Source: Nitrosopumilus sp.
Lineage (GTDB): Archaea > Thermoproteota > Nitrososphaeria > Nitrososphaerales > Nitrosopumilaceae
Direction of reading: 5' to 3'
DNA length: 64,000 nucleotides
NCBI GenBank assembly: GCA_963662625.1
Contig: OY759726.1
Span: 160,001-224,000 of the forward strand
Every line of letters starts with the position of its first letter. The first letter of the stretch is position 1. Below the pieces are notes generated by a model. It did no database searches. It saw only the letters and a program-made list of their open reading frames with translations, and was not told where the DNA came from. Both the position numbers and the translations under genes were made by a program. This document shows positions 1-8,724 of the stretch, piece after piece.

Positions 1-669
1 ATAGTCGGCCATGACCTCCGCCTCCATCCCGGGGTCGTCGAGGCAGGAGGAGAACTCCCCCGCGTCAAGCCCCAGCGCCGCGGCGTAGCCAACCAGCGCC
101 GCCCTGAGCCCGGGTCCCGCCGACGCCCACTCGGCCTGCGCCTCGAACAGCGCGTCGTGGTACTCCCAGAACGCGCCCTGCTCGTCGGCGCACTCGGCGG
201 CGACGTGCGCGGGGAGCGCGGACTGGTGGAACCCGAGCGGAAAGTCGCGGTACACGAAGGACGCCTTGCCGGTGTCGACGTACCTGGCCTCGATGAGGGG
301 GAGGGTCTCCTCGTAGAACCTCAGGCAGAACGGGCACTCAAAGTCGGAGAACTCGACGATGGTGACAGGGGCCCGGGGGTCGCCCTTGGCCGGGTCGTCG
401 TCGACCGACACCGAGTCCGGGCCGGCGTGGTCGGTTCCGTCCCAGGCCGCCCCGGGCGGCGCGGCATCGTGGGCCCCGGCACGTCCCCCCCCGCCGGCGC
501 CCCCATCACGGAACCCGTCGGGGAGGACGTACACCGGCGCCGGCTGCGCGCCGCCGTCCATGATGCCGCACGCGTGCGCCCCGGCCAGGAACGAGGCTGC
601 GGAGGCAAGCGCCACCACGGCCCAGACGAGCCTCGGGGAGCCCCGGCACCCGCACTTTTCCCCGCTCAT
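1..669 (-). CDS. DsbA-family thioredoxin-fold protein with N-terminal membrane anchor (3' end runs off window)
   Basis: Manual translation, frame absent from ORF track: DDDPAKGDPRAPVTIVEFSDFECPFC...YRDFPL..H..A..A..AAECADEQGAFWEYHDALF; ATG overlaps actin stop (ATGA). Confidence 0.9.
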   Translation of the reverse strand, partial: MSGEKCGCRGSPRLVWAVVALASAASFLAGAHACGIMDGGAQPAPVYVLPDGFRDGGAGGGGRAGAHDAAPPGAAWDGTDHAGPDSVSVDDDPAKGDPRAPVTIVEFSDFECPFCLRFYEETLPLIEARYVDTGKASFVYRDFPLGFHQSALPAHVAAECADEQGAFWEYHDALFEAQAEWASAGPGLRAALVGYAAALGLDAGEFSSCLDDPGMEAEVMADY

Positions 670-1688
670 TCCCCGCCGCCCCCGCGGCCTTCCCCGGCGC
701 CAGGCCGGCCGTCCCCCGCCGGGATCCCGCCGGCACTGCCGCCTGCCCCCTGCAGCCCGTCATCGGGGGCGCCGCCGACGCGTCCGCGGCCCCCTGGGGG
801 TGGGGCGCCCCCTCCTTCTTCCCCTCCCCCGCGCCGCGGGCCAGGGCCGGGGACCCTTCCCGGGTTCCTCGCCGCCAGCATCTCCAGGCCAAGCGCGTTC
901 GAGAACACGGGATCGTCGGGGACCGTTATCTCGGCGTCCATGATCCTCCCCATCGCCTCCCTGACCCCCGGGATCAGCGAGCCGCCACCCGCGAGGATTA
1001 TGGCGTCCCCGGCATGGTCCATCCTGGACGCCTCGTCGGCGACGTGCTCCGCCAGCAGCCTGGCCAGCTTGGCCACCATCCCGGGGTTCCCAGAAAACAG
1101 CGCCTCGTGGCCGACGTACGAGTCCCTCCCGCCGCCAAGCTGCGACGTCACGAACTCGCTTGCCTTCCTGATGGACCTCCCGTCGACCCTCCCGGGCCGG
1201 ATGGATATTATCTCAGTGGTGCCGTGGCCGATGTTCACGACCATCCCCTGCTTCATCCCGCAGTACACCAGGGTGCCGTACGCCTGGGGGAGTATCCGCA
1301 GGGTGGCGGGGCCAAGCCTCGAGGAGAACATCCTCTCCATCCTCTTCCTCTCGCCCCTGGCGTCGTAGGTGATCCCGACCGCCAGGTTGAGCGGCACGCC
1401 GGCGTCCCAGCCGACAGACTCCGCCGCCTTCATCGCCAGGGCCTCGTACCCACGGCCGTTGTGCGGCATCCCGTGCCTCACCGGCCTTATGAGTATGGCC
1501 CTGTCGCCGCCCCCCATCCGGATCGCCTCGGAACCTACGGCCTCGGCCAGCACGCTCTTCCCAGCCTCGTCCTCCACGGTCTTCCTCCCGTCGGAGTACA
1601 TGCAGGAATACAGCGAGGGGAACGACACCTTCCTCCCCCCGGACGCGACCTTGGTGAACCCGGTGCCGATGTCGATCCCCACGTCCAT
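666..1688 (-). CDS. ParM/StbA-like actin-fold ATPase
   Basis: GIDIGTGFTK phosphate-1, PQAYG, VNIGHGTTE phosphate-2, LAGGGS adenosine motif, NALG; TTAAATA box at 1709-1715 favours ATG 1688. Confidence 0.85.
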   Translation of the reverse strand: MDVGIDIGTGFTKVASGGRKVSFPSLYSCMYSDGRKTVEDEAGKSVLAEAVGSEAIRMGGGDRAILIRPVRHGMPHNGRGYEALAMKAAESVGWDAGVPLNLAVGITYDARGERKRMERMFSSRLGPATLRILPQAYGTLVYCGMKQGMVVNIGHGTTEIISIRPGRVDGRSIRKASEFVTSQLGGGRDSYVGHEALFSGNPGMVAKLARLLAEHVADEASRMDHAGDAIILAGGGSLIPGVREAMGRIMDAEITVPDDPVFSNALGLEMLAARNPGRVPGPGPRRGGGEEGGGAPPPGGRGRVGGAPDDGLQGAGGSAGGIPAGDGRPGAGEGRGGGGE

Positions 1689-1707
1689 GCCGACCACCAC
1701 CCAGTGA

Positions 1708-3033
1708 TTATTTAAGGAGGGGGGCCTCAATCCCACTCCCAGCGCGCCCGGACCCGGCCAGGACGTACCGGCCAGGGCCGCGCCCCCGCCCGTCCCGCTC
1801 CAGGATCCCGGCGTGCAGCAGGGCCTCGATGCACGCCCTCCCCACCCTCACGTTGCCGGCGTGGCGACTCTCGGCCGGCGGGGGGACGTCGCCATCCGAG
1901 AACCGCCCCCCCGGCACGGCCCCCAGGAACCTCCCCAGCAGCGATCGCCGGTCGCCCGGCCTGCCAAGGTCGACCCTGAACTGCCTGCCGGACGGGGTGA
2001 TGATGAAGCAGCAGAACCCCCCGGACTTCCCCCGGTAGTACGCGTGGAGGTCCGGCGGAGGCCTCCCCCACGCCCCGGGCCAGGTCACGAAGGCCAGCGC
2101 GTGGCCGCCTGGGACGTTGGCCGAAAGGTCGGCCTCCCAGGTGTCGAAGAACCCGGACTGGTCGTCGCGAGACCACGACTCCTTGTGGTACACCGGGATG
2201 AGGACGTCCGACAGCGACGGCACGCCCCCCACCCTGGAGCGGGACTCGGAGACGTACTCCTTCCTGACGTCGAACCCGAGGTACCCCCTCCCCAGCGCCC
2301 TGGCGACCCTGGGCACCTGCCCGCTGCCGCACATGGGATCCATCACCATGTCGCCCTTCCCGCTGAACAGCGTGACCAGGCGGAACGGGATCTGCTCCGG
2401 GAAGGGACAGGGGTGGGAGACCGTCCCGGGCGGCACAGGGGCCACGTTCCACACGGAGTTTGCCACCTCCCTCTTCACCACGCGGTTGAGCGGGATCCTC
2501 CCGGACCTGCTCCTCCCCCCCTTCCCCTTCTGCAGCACCAGTATGTGCTCGTGCATCAGGTTGGCGCGAAAGTACCCTGGGTACGGGTTCTGGATGAACG
2601 AGCCGGCGCGGTTCCTGGAGCCGTGCCCTGTCCCCCCGACCTTGTTCCATATTATGGAGTCGCGCAGCACCCACCCGCCGTCCTCCTCGCCGCTCACCAG
2701 CCTGGCCAGCAGCATGGATGGGAGGGGGACGACCCTGCCGTCGGCGACCTCGTCGCCAACCACTATGCAGCACCTCCCGCCGGGCCTCGTGGCCCTGAAC
2801 ACCTGGGAGAACACCTCCTCCATGTCGTCCAGCCAGGACCCGGTGGTGGCCTTGCCGGCGCCCCTGTACCATCCCCCTCTCCCGGAGGCGTGGGCGTCAT
2901 AGTCTATGGCGTTGCGGTATGGCGGCGACGTGACGGTCAGGGCCACGGATCCGGGTCTGACCAGCCCGGAAAGGTCCCTGGCGTCGGCGCGGCGGATGGA
3001 GCCGCCTGGCCCCCGGCCCGGGGCGGCCGTCAC
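1708..3033 (-). CDS. Site-specific amino (N4-C/N6-A) DNA methyltransferase, beta class, with C-terminal extension
   Basis: VTSPPY catalytic motif before HPCPFP and DPMCGSG SAM-binding motif. Confidence 0.9.
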   Translation of the reverse strand: MTAAPGRGPGGSIRRADARDLSGLVRPGSVALTVTSPPYRNAIDYDAHASGRGGWYRGAGKATTGSWLDDMEEVFSQVFRATRPGGRCCIVVGDEVADGRVVPLPSMLLARLVSGEEDGGWVLRDSIIWNKVGGTGHGSRNRAGSFIQNPYPGYFRANLMHEHILVLQKGKGGRSRSGRIPLNRVVKREVANSVWNVAPVPPGTVSHPCPFPEQIPFRLVTLFSGKGDMVMDPMCGSGQVPRVARALGRGYLGFDVRKEYVSESRSRVGGVPSLSDVLIPVYHKESWSRDDQSGFFDTWEADLSANVPGGHALAFVTWPGAWGRPPPDLHAYYRGKSGGFCCFIITPSGRQFRVDLGRPGDRRSLLGRFLGAVPGGRFSDGDVPPPAESRHAGNVRVGRACIEALLHAGILERDGRGRGPGRYVLAGSGRAGSGIEAPLLK

Positions 3034-4463
3034 TGGCAGCGGCCTCCCCAGCGGGCCCGTGCCAGATCAAGCCGGCGCTCGTAGAGCGCTATCACGAGGT
3101 CGACGTCCCCCCCTATGGCGGAATCCCAGTCTATGGCGCGCAGGGCCCCATCGAGCGTGAGCATCCTGGGGGTCCTCCCCCCGATCCCGCGGATCATGGA
3201 GATCTCCTCCCCGGGGTCGCCGCCCGCGGAGGCGAGCTTCCCGCCATCGGCCAGCAGCACCACCATGTCGGCGCCGTCCCGTCGGACCGTGAACCACTCC
3301 CCAGGCATGATGGGCTTCCACGCGTCCGGGCCGGCCACGTAAAGCACCTCCGCCCCGCTGAACGTGAAGTGGCGGTTGGGCCTGGCGCGGACGCCAAGAT
3401 CCCCGTCGCGGGACGCCATCACCACGCAGTGCGCCACCCCGCTGACGGCCGCCTTCTTCACGGCATCCTCCACGAGGAAGCGGATGGACTCCACGCAGTC
3501 CAGTATCGCCGGTTCCCCCTCCGCGTAGTCCAGGACCGGGACGCCCCCATTCCCGGGGGACAGCCTGGCGACTCGCCCGCAGTCCGGGCACCTCGCCTTC
3601 CTGCCATGGGCGCCGCCCAACGGCCACGCGCAGTCCCCCCACGAGTGGTGGACGCGCACGCAGTCGGGCGTGGGCGCCACCACGTCCACCCTGATCTCCA
3701 GGCTGGGGAGCCCCTTCCCCTTCCAGCCGGGTTCCGGCTCGACGTACAACCCATCATCCGCCCGGCGGCCCCCGCGGGGGCCCTCCACGCTGCCGGGATC
3801 GTCCACCCCAGTTTCAAAGTCGCCGCCCATGGGGCCGTACATCACCGCCCTGAACCCCCCGGCGCCGTGGTCCATCTTCATGATCTCCCCCAGGCACGCC
3901 AGCCTGGCGCGCTCCTGGTCGCCGCCGTACACCCTGAATGGGTCGCATCCCTCGTCGAACTCCACGACGTACATCCCCATCGGTTCCATGGGGGAATGGA
4001 ATGGGGCGAACGCGCCGTGGGGAAGGCTGCCTCCCCCCTCCTTCACGCCAAGGCCCGCCGCCCCCGGCGACTTCCCGCCGGAGTCGGGCTTTGGGCTGCA
4101 GCCCGCCCCCTTCCCCGCGGGGCCCCCGGACTTGCGCGGCCTGCCCCTCCTCCTTTTGGCGCCGCCGGCCGGCCCTTGGCCAGGCACCTGCGACTCGCGC
4201 GGCCCTTCCCCCCCGGGCGCGCCCCCGGCCACGGCCGGGATCCCGCACACCTGCCCGGATCCGTCACGCGCCAGTTCGGCGCCCTCGGGCACCATCGAGT
4301 CCAGCGTGACGGCGTAGGACATCCCGCCGTGCCTCACGATCACCGCCGCCACGTCGTCCGCCGCGAACCCGTCAGGGAGGAGGCTCCTGGCCTTCGCCGC
4401 CTTCCCAGGCTTGGGGATCTCGCCCCACTCCAGCTTCCCTCTGTACTTTGCCAACCGTCCCAT
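3030..4463 (-). CDS. Hypothetical protein with AT-hook-like RRGRPRK and CPDC knuckle
   Basis: Start re-set to MGRLAKY (TATA-like TTTTATA at 4488-4494); stop overlaps MTase start. Confidence 0.6.
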   Translation of the reverse strand: MGRLAKYRGKLEWGEIPKPGKAAKARSLLPDGFAADDVAAVIVRHGGMSYAVTLDSMVPEGAELARDGSGQVCGIPAVAGGAPGGEGPRESQVPGQGPAGGAKRRRGRPRKSGGPAGKGAGCSPKPDSGGKSPGAAGLGVKEGGGSLPHGAFAPFHSPMEPMGMYVVEFDEGCDPFRVYGGDQERARLACLGEIMKMDHGAGGFRAVMYGPMGGDFETGVDDPGSVEGPRGGRRADDGLYVEPEPGWKGKGLPSLEIRVDVVAPTPDCVRVHHSWGDCAWPLGGAHGRKARCPDCGRVARLSPGNGGVPVLDYAEGEPAILDCVESIRFLVEDAVKKAAVSGVAHCVVMASRDGDLGVRARPNRHFTFSGAEVLYVAGPDAWKPIMPGEWFTVRRDGADMVVLLADGGKLASAGGDPGEEISMIRGIGGRTPRMLTLDGALRAIDWDSAIGGDVDLVIALYERRLDLARARWGGRCQ

Positions 4464-4589
4464 CCTGCCCACAAGACCGCCGCCACTATAAAAGCCCGGG
4501 GCGCCGCGCGAGGCGGACCCGGCCGCGGCATGCCGCGGGGTCCGGGATCCCCGGGCCGGCCCTTTAATTCCCGCGCCATGCTTCGCTGC

Positions 4590-6233
4590 ATGGGCGGGGG
4601 GATCACCGCCGCGGGGGCGGCGTACGACAGGTGCATGGCCGGCAGGTCCGGCATCCTGCTCAACGCCGGCAACGTGGCGATGTCGCACGAGTCCCCATAC
4701 TCCCTCTACTGCACGCTCTACGGCGACGAGTCAAGGAGGGATCCGCCTGACCCGTTCCTGCGGGCGCTGGCCGGCCGCGGGATGGAGCACGAGTCGGAGG
4801 TGCTGGAGGCCATCCATCCCGGGCGCCGCCGGGCGGCATACTCCACACTGAAGGAGGGCTTCATGATGGCACTGGAATCCATGGCGGGCGGCTCCACGGC
4901 CATATCCAACCCCCCGATCTTCCACGTCCCATCGTCAATGTACGGCAAGCCAGACCTCCTGGAGAGGGAGGAGGGCGGGTCGGAGTTGGGCGGCCACCAT
5001 TATGCCGTCACGGAGATCAAGGTGGCGAGGAAGGTGGCCGGGGCGCACGTCCTGCAGGCGGCGTTCTACACCATGCTGATCGGGCGGGTCCAGGGCAGGA
5101 TCCCGGACTCGTTCTCCATAGTCAACGGGGACGGGGAGAAGACGGGGTACAGCTACGCGGAACACGAGGGGGACCTGGCCGACGCGCTGGACGTGGCATT
5201 CGTGATCCGGGACGGGGGCGTCCCCCCGGCCATATACGGCGCCGGGGTCCCGCCGTGGACCAGGCTCTGCAACGAGGCGGCGGCCGAGGCCAGGGACGTG
5301 TCCATGATACCTGGCGTGGGGAGGAAGAGGAGGGACGCCATGGTCGCCGCCGGGTTCCGGACCGTCGAGGACGTGGCGGCGTCCTCCAGGGAGGGGCTGC
5401 GGCCGGTCAGGGGAGTCGGCGCGTCCACGTCCGGGGCGTACCTCGCCTCGGCCAGGGCGCTGGCGTCGGGGAACGCCGTGAGGCGCGCCCCGACGGCGCC
5501 CCTCCCGGACAGGGGGACCGAGATGTTCCTCGACCTCGAGGGCATCAACCCCCTGCTGGGGGACGACATCACGGACTACCTGATAGGGGTGCTGGTCCGC
5601 CGCGGCGGCAGGGAGGAGTACCTCCCGTTCGTGGCGGAGGACGGCGACGAGTGGGCGATGCTCCGCCATTTCCTGGACTGGCTGGGGACGCAGGACGACT
5701 ACGTCATCTACCACTGGCACCACTACGAGAGGACGCACCTGGCCAAGCTCATGGACACCCACGGGCGCGTCGAGCCCGGCCTGACGGACGCCGGGACGAT
5801 GGTCGACCTGTCCAGGGTGGCGACGGACGCGTTCGCCTTCCCCACCTGCCGCAACAGCATAAAGGACGTGGCCAGGTGGATGGGGTTCTCGTGGCGCCAC
5901 GAGGGGGTGGGGGCGCTGTCTGCCATAACGGTATACCAGCGGTACAGGGAGGATCCAGAGGCCAACAGGGAGGCCATGGGGATGGTGATCGACTACAACG
6001 AGGACGACTGCGCGGCCACCAGGGTGGTGAGGGACTGGCTGGCGTCACAGGAACCGCCCGCCCCGGCCCGCCATGGCCACGGGCGCCCGCCTCCCGGCGC
6101 CGGCCCGGAAGCCGGCGACCCCGGTCCCACAGGCCGGCGGGGTCACCATGGCAGGAGGCCGGGGAACAGCACGGCGACGGCCAGCGCGCCGGCCAGCCCC
6201 AGCGCCAGGAAGAATGCCAGTGGCATGGCGTAG
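4590..6233 (+). CDS. TM0106-family RecB-like PD-(D/E)xK nuclease with HhH and RNase H-like domains
   Basis: GKPDLL...EIK, QAAFY, IPGVG and VRGVG HhH, FLDLEG, YHWHHYE, YNEDDC; TTTAAT box at 4563-4568. Confidence 0.85.
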   Translation: MGGGITAAGAAYDRCMAGRSGILLNAGNVAMSHESPYSLYCTLYGDESRRDPPDPFLRALAGRGMEHESEVLEAIHPGRRRAAYSTLKEGFMMALESMAGGSTAISNPPIFHVPSSMYGKPDLLEREEGGSELGGHHYAVTEIKVARKVAGAHVLQAAFYTMLIGRVQGRIPDSFSIVNGDGEKTGYSYAEHEGDLADALDVAFVIRDGGVPPAIYGAGVPPWTRLCNEAAAEARDVSMIPGVGRKRRDAMVAAGFRTVEDVAASSREGLRPVRGVGASTSGAYLASARALASGNAVRRAPTAPLPDRGTEMFLDLEGINPLLGDDITDYLIGVLVRRGGREEYLPFVAEDGDEWAMLRHFLDWLGTQDDYVIYHWHHYERTHLAKLMDTHGRVEPGLTDAGTMVDLSRVATDAFAFPTCRNSIKDVARWMGFSWRHEGVGALSAITVYQRYREDPEANREAMGMVIDYNEDDCAATRVVRDWLASQEPPAPARHGHGRPPPGAGPEAGDPGPTGRRGHHGRRPGNSTATASAPASPSARKNASGMA

Positions 6234-6814
6234 ACCACCTCCATCCCCTCCGATTCCGCCGGGAGGAACGCCCTGGAGCCGTCCCTCTTGACAGGCTCGT
6301 CGCCGGCCAGCGGGGCGAGCCCCGCCGGGTCCCCCGCCGCCATCCGGAACCTCTGCCCCCTTCTCTTGTAGTGGGTGAGGACCAGGTTGGGGGAGAACCT
6401 CCTCCCGGCGGCCATGTCCGACACGTTGCTGGCCGCCGCCGTGAGCATCGCCGCCGCCACCCCGGACACCATCCCAGCCAGCAGTGCCCAGATCGGCACG
6501 GCCGTCCCGCCCACCACCGGCAGCATGAACGCCACCACGGCAAACGCCGACGGGTCGCCGGCTCCGCACATCCCCCTGAGGTGCAGCGCCACCATCGCGC
6601 CTACGACGCCGTACATCCCGCAGTTGCTCCAGAACGCCATCCCCTGCCACGGGCCGATCCCACCGGTGGCCACGTCGTACGCCAGGAACGCCGCGGCGAT
6701 GCCCACGCACACCAGCGTCACGTCCAGGTACATCATCCGCTCCCTCAGGTCGTAATACGCCATCGGCGCCAGCATGACCATCGCCACGGCTACCCTGAGG
6801 GCGTCCATCTCCAT
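6143..6814 (-). CDS. Prepilin peptidase (A24, PibD/FlaK-like)
   Basis: Multi-TM, AYYDLRER first Asp motif, GAGD second Asp motif, C-terminal MPLAFFL; TTAAAT box at 6836-6841. Confidence 0.8.
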   Translation of the reverse strand: MEMDALRVAVAMVMLAPMAYYDLRERMMYLDVTLVCVGIAAAFLAYDVATGGIGPWQGMAFWSNCGMYGVVGAMVALHLRGMCGAGDPSAFAVVAFMLPVVGGTAVPIWALLAGMVSGVAAAMLTAAASNVSDMAAGRRFSPNLVLTHYKRRGQRFRMAAGDPAGLAPLAGDEPVKRDGSRAFLPAESEGMEVVYAMPLAFFLALGLAGALAVAVLFPGLLPW

Positions 6815-6847
6815 GGGCACCTCCATTCCGTGCGGATTTAAGCCGGG

Positions 6848-7909
6848 TCAGGAGTCTATTATCTGGGATATGAGCACCATCTTCTTCTTGGATATGCGCT
6901 TCTTGCTCAGTACGATGGCGTCCCCGGTATCCCCCCTGCCGACGTGGTAGGTGTTGATGACCGGGGATAGGTCGAGCCCCAAAAAGTCAGCGTCCCCGTC
7001 GGAGAGGCCGTAGATCACCCTGCCGTCCACGTCGGTGGCCGCCACGTTGGAGCCGGTGTCGGTCATCTTCTTTATGGTGCCGTTCTTCAGGCTGATCAGG
7101 TAGTCGTTGCCGCATTCGCACCTGTACTTCACGGAGTCCGTCACGGACCTGACCTCGGTCCCGATGTCCCTGGAGCCGCCGTCGACGGTGACCCTCACCT
7201 CGTCCCCGCCTCCCCCGTCCGGCTCCCCGGCGGCGCCCTTCCTCCCCTTCTCCGGGATCTTCACCGTGTCCCCGGCGCCGCCCTTCCTGTACTTGGCGAA
7301 TATGGACCTGGCCACCCTGTCCCCGGCGTAGCCGATCTTCCCCTCCATCGTGGAGTACTTTACCAGGTCGTTGACCGCGTCATACTGCCTGCCCTTGCTG
7401 AGCTTGGAGAGCGGGTGGATTATCTGCACCATGGATGGGACCTCCGTCTTCTTCTTGGCCAGCAGCCCGACGAACCCGTCGAGCTTCCTCTCGGCCCTGG
7501 AGTCCAGGTCGACCTCCGCCAGGAAGACGTACTCGGAGGGGATGTACCCGGTGTCCCCCCCGCCCTCCACCACGTCCCTCACGACCCTCATCAGCCTGGT
7601 CGGGTGGTACGTCTTGGTGCGGGAGTTGAGCATGTGCAGCATCACGACCTTCTCCTCGGAGTCGGCCTCCTCCACCACGCAGTCGAGGCTGTCCGCGCCG
7701 CACTCCCTCGCCGCCGCCACGGTCTCGATGTTCCCGATCGCGTAGAGCCTGCCCCCGCGGGACGCGAGGACGGGGACCGGGTACCTCGACCCGTCCCTTA
7801 TCAGCGCGGCGACGTGGGACACGGAGGCGTCGACCACCACGGTGACGTTGCACGGGGCGTCCTCTATGTCGGACACCCTGACCTTCTGCACGTTCTCCAG
7901 GCCGCTCAT
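6848..7909 (-). CDS. ParB/Srx-like N-terminal domain protein with C-terminal CxC knuckle
   Basis: KVRVSDI...PVPVLASRGGRLYAIGNIETVAAARECG..LDCVV resembles the ParB N-domain; ATGA overlap with TFB-like stop. Confidence 0.55.
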   Translation of the reverse strand: MSGLENVQKVRVSDIEDAPCNVTVVVDASVSHVAALIRDGSRYPVPVLASRGGRLYAIGNIETVAAARECGADSLDCVVEEADSEEKVVMLHMLNSRTKTYHPTRLMRVVRDVVEGGGDTGYIPSEYVFLAEVDLDSRAERKLDGFVGLLAKKKTEVPSMVQIIHPLSKLSKGRQYDAVNDLVKYSTMEGKIGYAGDRVARSIFAKYRKGGAGDTVKIPEKGRKGAAGEPDGGGGDEVRVTVDGGSRDIGTEVRSVTDSVKYRCECGNDYLISLKNGTIKKMTDTGSNVAATDVDGRVIYGLSDGDADFLGLDLSPVINTYHVGRGDTGDAIVLSKKRISKKKMVLISQIIDS

Positions 7910-8625
7910 TCCGCCACCCCGAACGCCTCGCAGACGGCCGCCCTGGCCCTGCTGGGGTAGCTCCCCGTGGTGTAGACGTCGTTGTACAGCGCCCAGGCCA
8001 GCCTCTCCATCTCGGAATAGTCGCCCTTGAGGTACTCCCTGCCCTCCAGCACCGACATTATCGCCGCGCGGAAGTTGTACACCATGTCGTTGTCGTGCGG
8101 GGTCTCGACGTCCATCATCTTGTAGAGCATCTTGGTCATGTCCGGGAAGTGGGCCTTGCGGAACTCCCCGCGGACGACCGCTATGGCCTCCTTCCCCGTG
8201 ATCGGCACCCCGTGGACCTTGGCGGACTTGTACAGCGCCCAGGCGGCCACGAACGCGTACTGCCTGGAGCCGGTCGTCTCCCTGCCGCGCCGGAAGAGCC
8301 TGAACGCGTACTCCGACTCGTTGCGGTTGAGCCCGAGCTTCTGGGCGCTGTTGGAGAACTTCCTCAGCCAGTCCATCTCCTTCACGCTCACCCTGTCGCG
8401 CATCTCCGAGCGGAGGTACGCCCTCAGGCCGTCGGTTTCCATGGCCTTGGGCAGGAGGTTCTTGGAGCCTGTCGCGTGCCTCTCGAACAGGTTGGTCCTC
8501 GAGCTGCCCTCGTATGGCGCCTCGACGGTCCCCTCCTGCATCACCATCCCGCACGCGGAGCAGACCACCTCGCCGTTGGTCTCGATCCTGTTCCCGTGCC
8601 CGCACGCTATGGCAGCCATCCTCAT
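7906..8625 (-). CDS. tfb: Transcription factor B (TFIIB)-like protein, short and divergent
   Basis: Zn ribbon CGH...GEVVCSACGMV followed by cyclin-fold-like helices (SAQKLGL...AFRLFRR; AAWALYKSAKVHGVPIT). Confidence 0.75.
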   Translation of the reverse strand: MRMAAIACGHGNRIETNGEVVCSACGMVMQEGTVEAPYEGSSRTNLFERHATGSKNLLPKAMETDGLRAYLRSEMRDRVSVKEMDWLRKFSNSAQKLGLNRNESEYAFRLFRRGRETTGSRQYAFVAAWALYKSAKVHGVPITGKEAIAVVRGEFRKAHFPDMTKMLYKMMDVETPHDNDMVYNFRAAIMSVLEGREYLKGDYSEMERLAWALYNDVYTTGSYPSRARAAVCEAFGVAE

Positions 8626-8643
8626 GCGTTGACCCCCCCTGCA

Positions 8644-8660
8644 TTTTTTTTATATTTTTC
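8644..8660 (-). promoter_or_regulatory. Strong TATA box of the tfb-parB-like operon
   Basis: GAAAAATATAAAAAAAA on minus strand about 20-35 bp upstream of ATG 8625. Confidence 0.7.
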
Positions 8661-8724
8661 CAGCGCCGGAATTGTTGCCCGGGATTCAACACCCGGGTCA
8701 AATGATGCTGAGCAGGCCGGCAGG

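Noticed and set aside
4590-6233. Cas4-like nuclease suggesting CRISPR-Cas
   Set aside because: Domain layout fits the TM0106 family; no cas1/cas2 and no repeat-spacer array seen
8700-8715. ATGATG-CTGA resembling C/D box sRNA motifs
   Set aside because: Boxes are adjacent with no guide region
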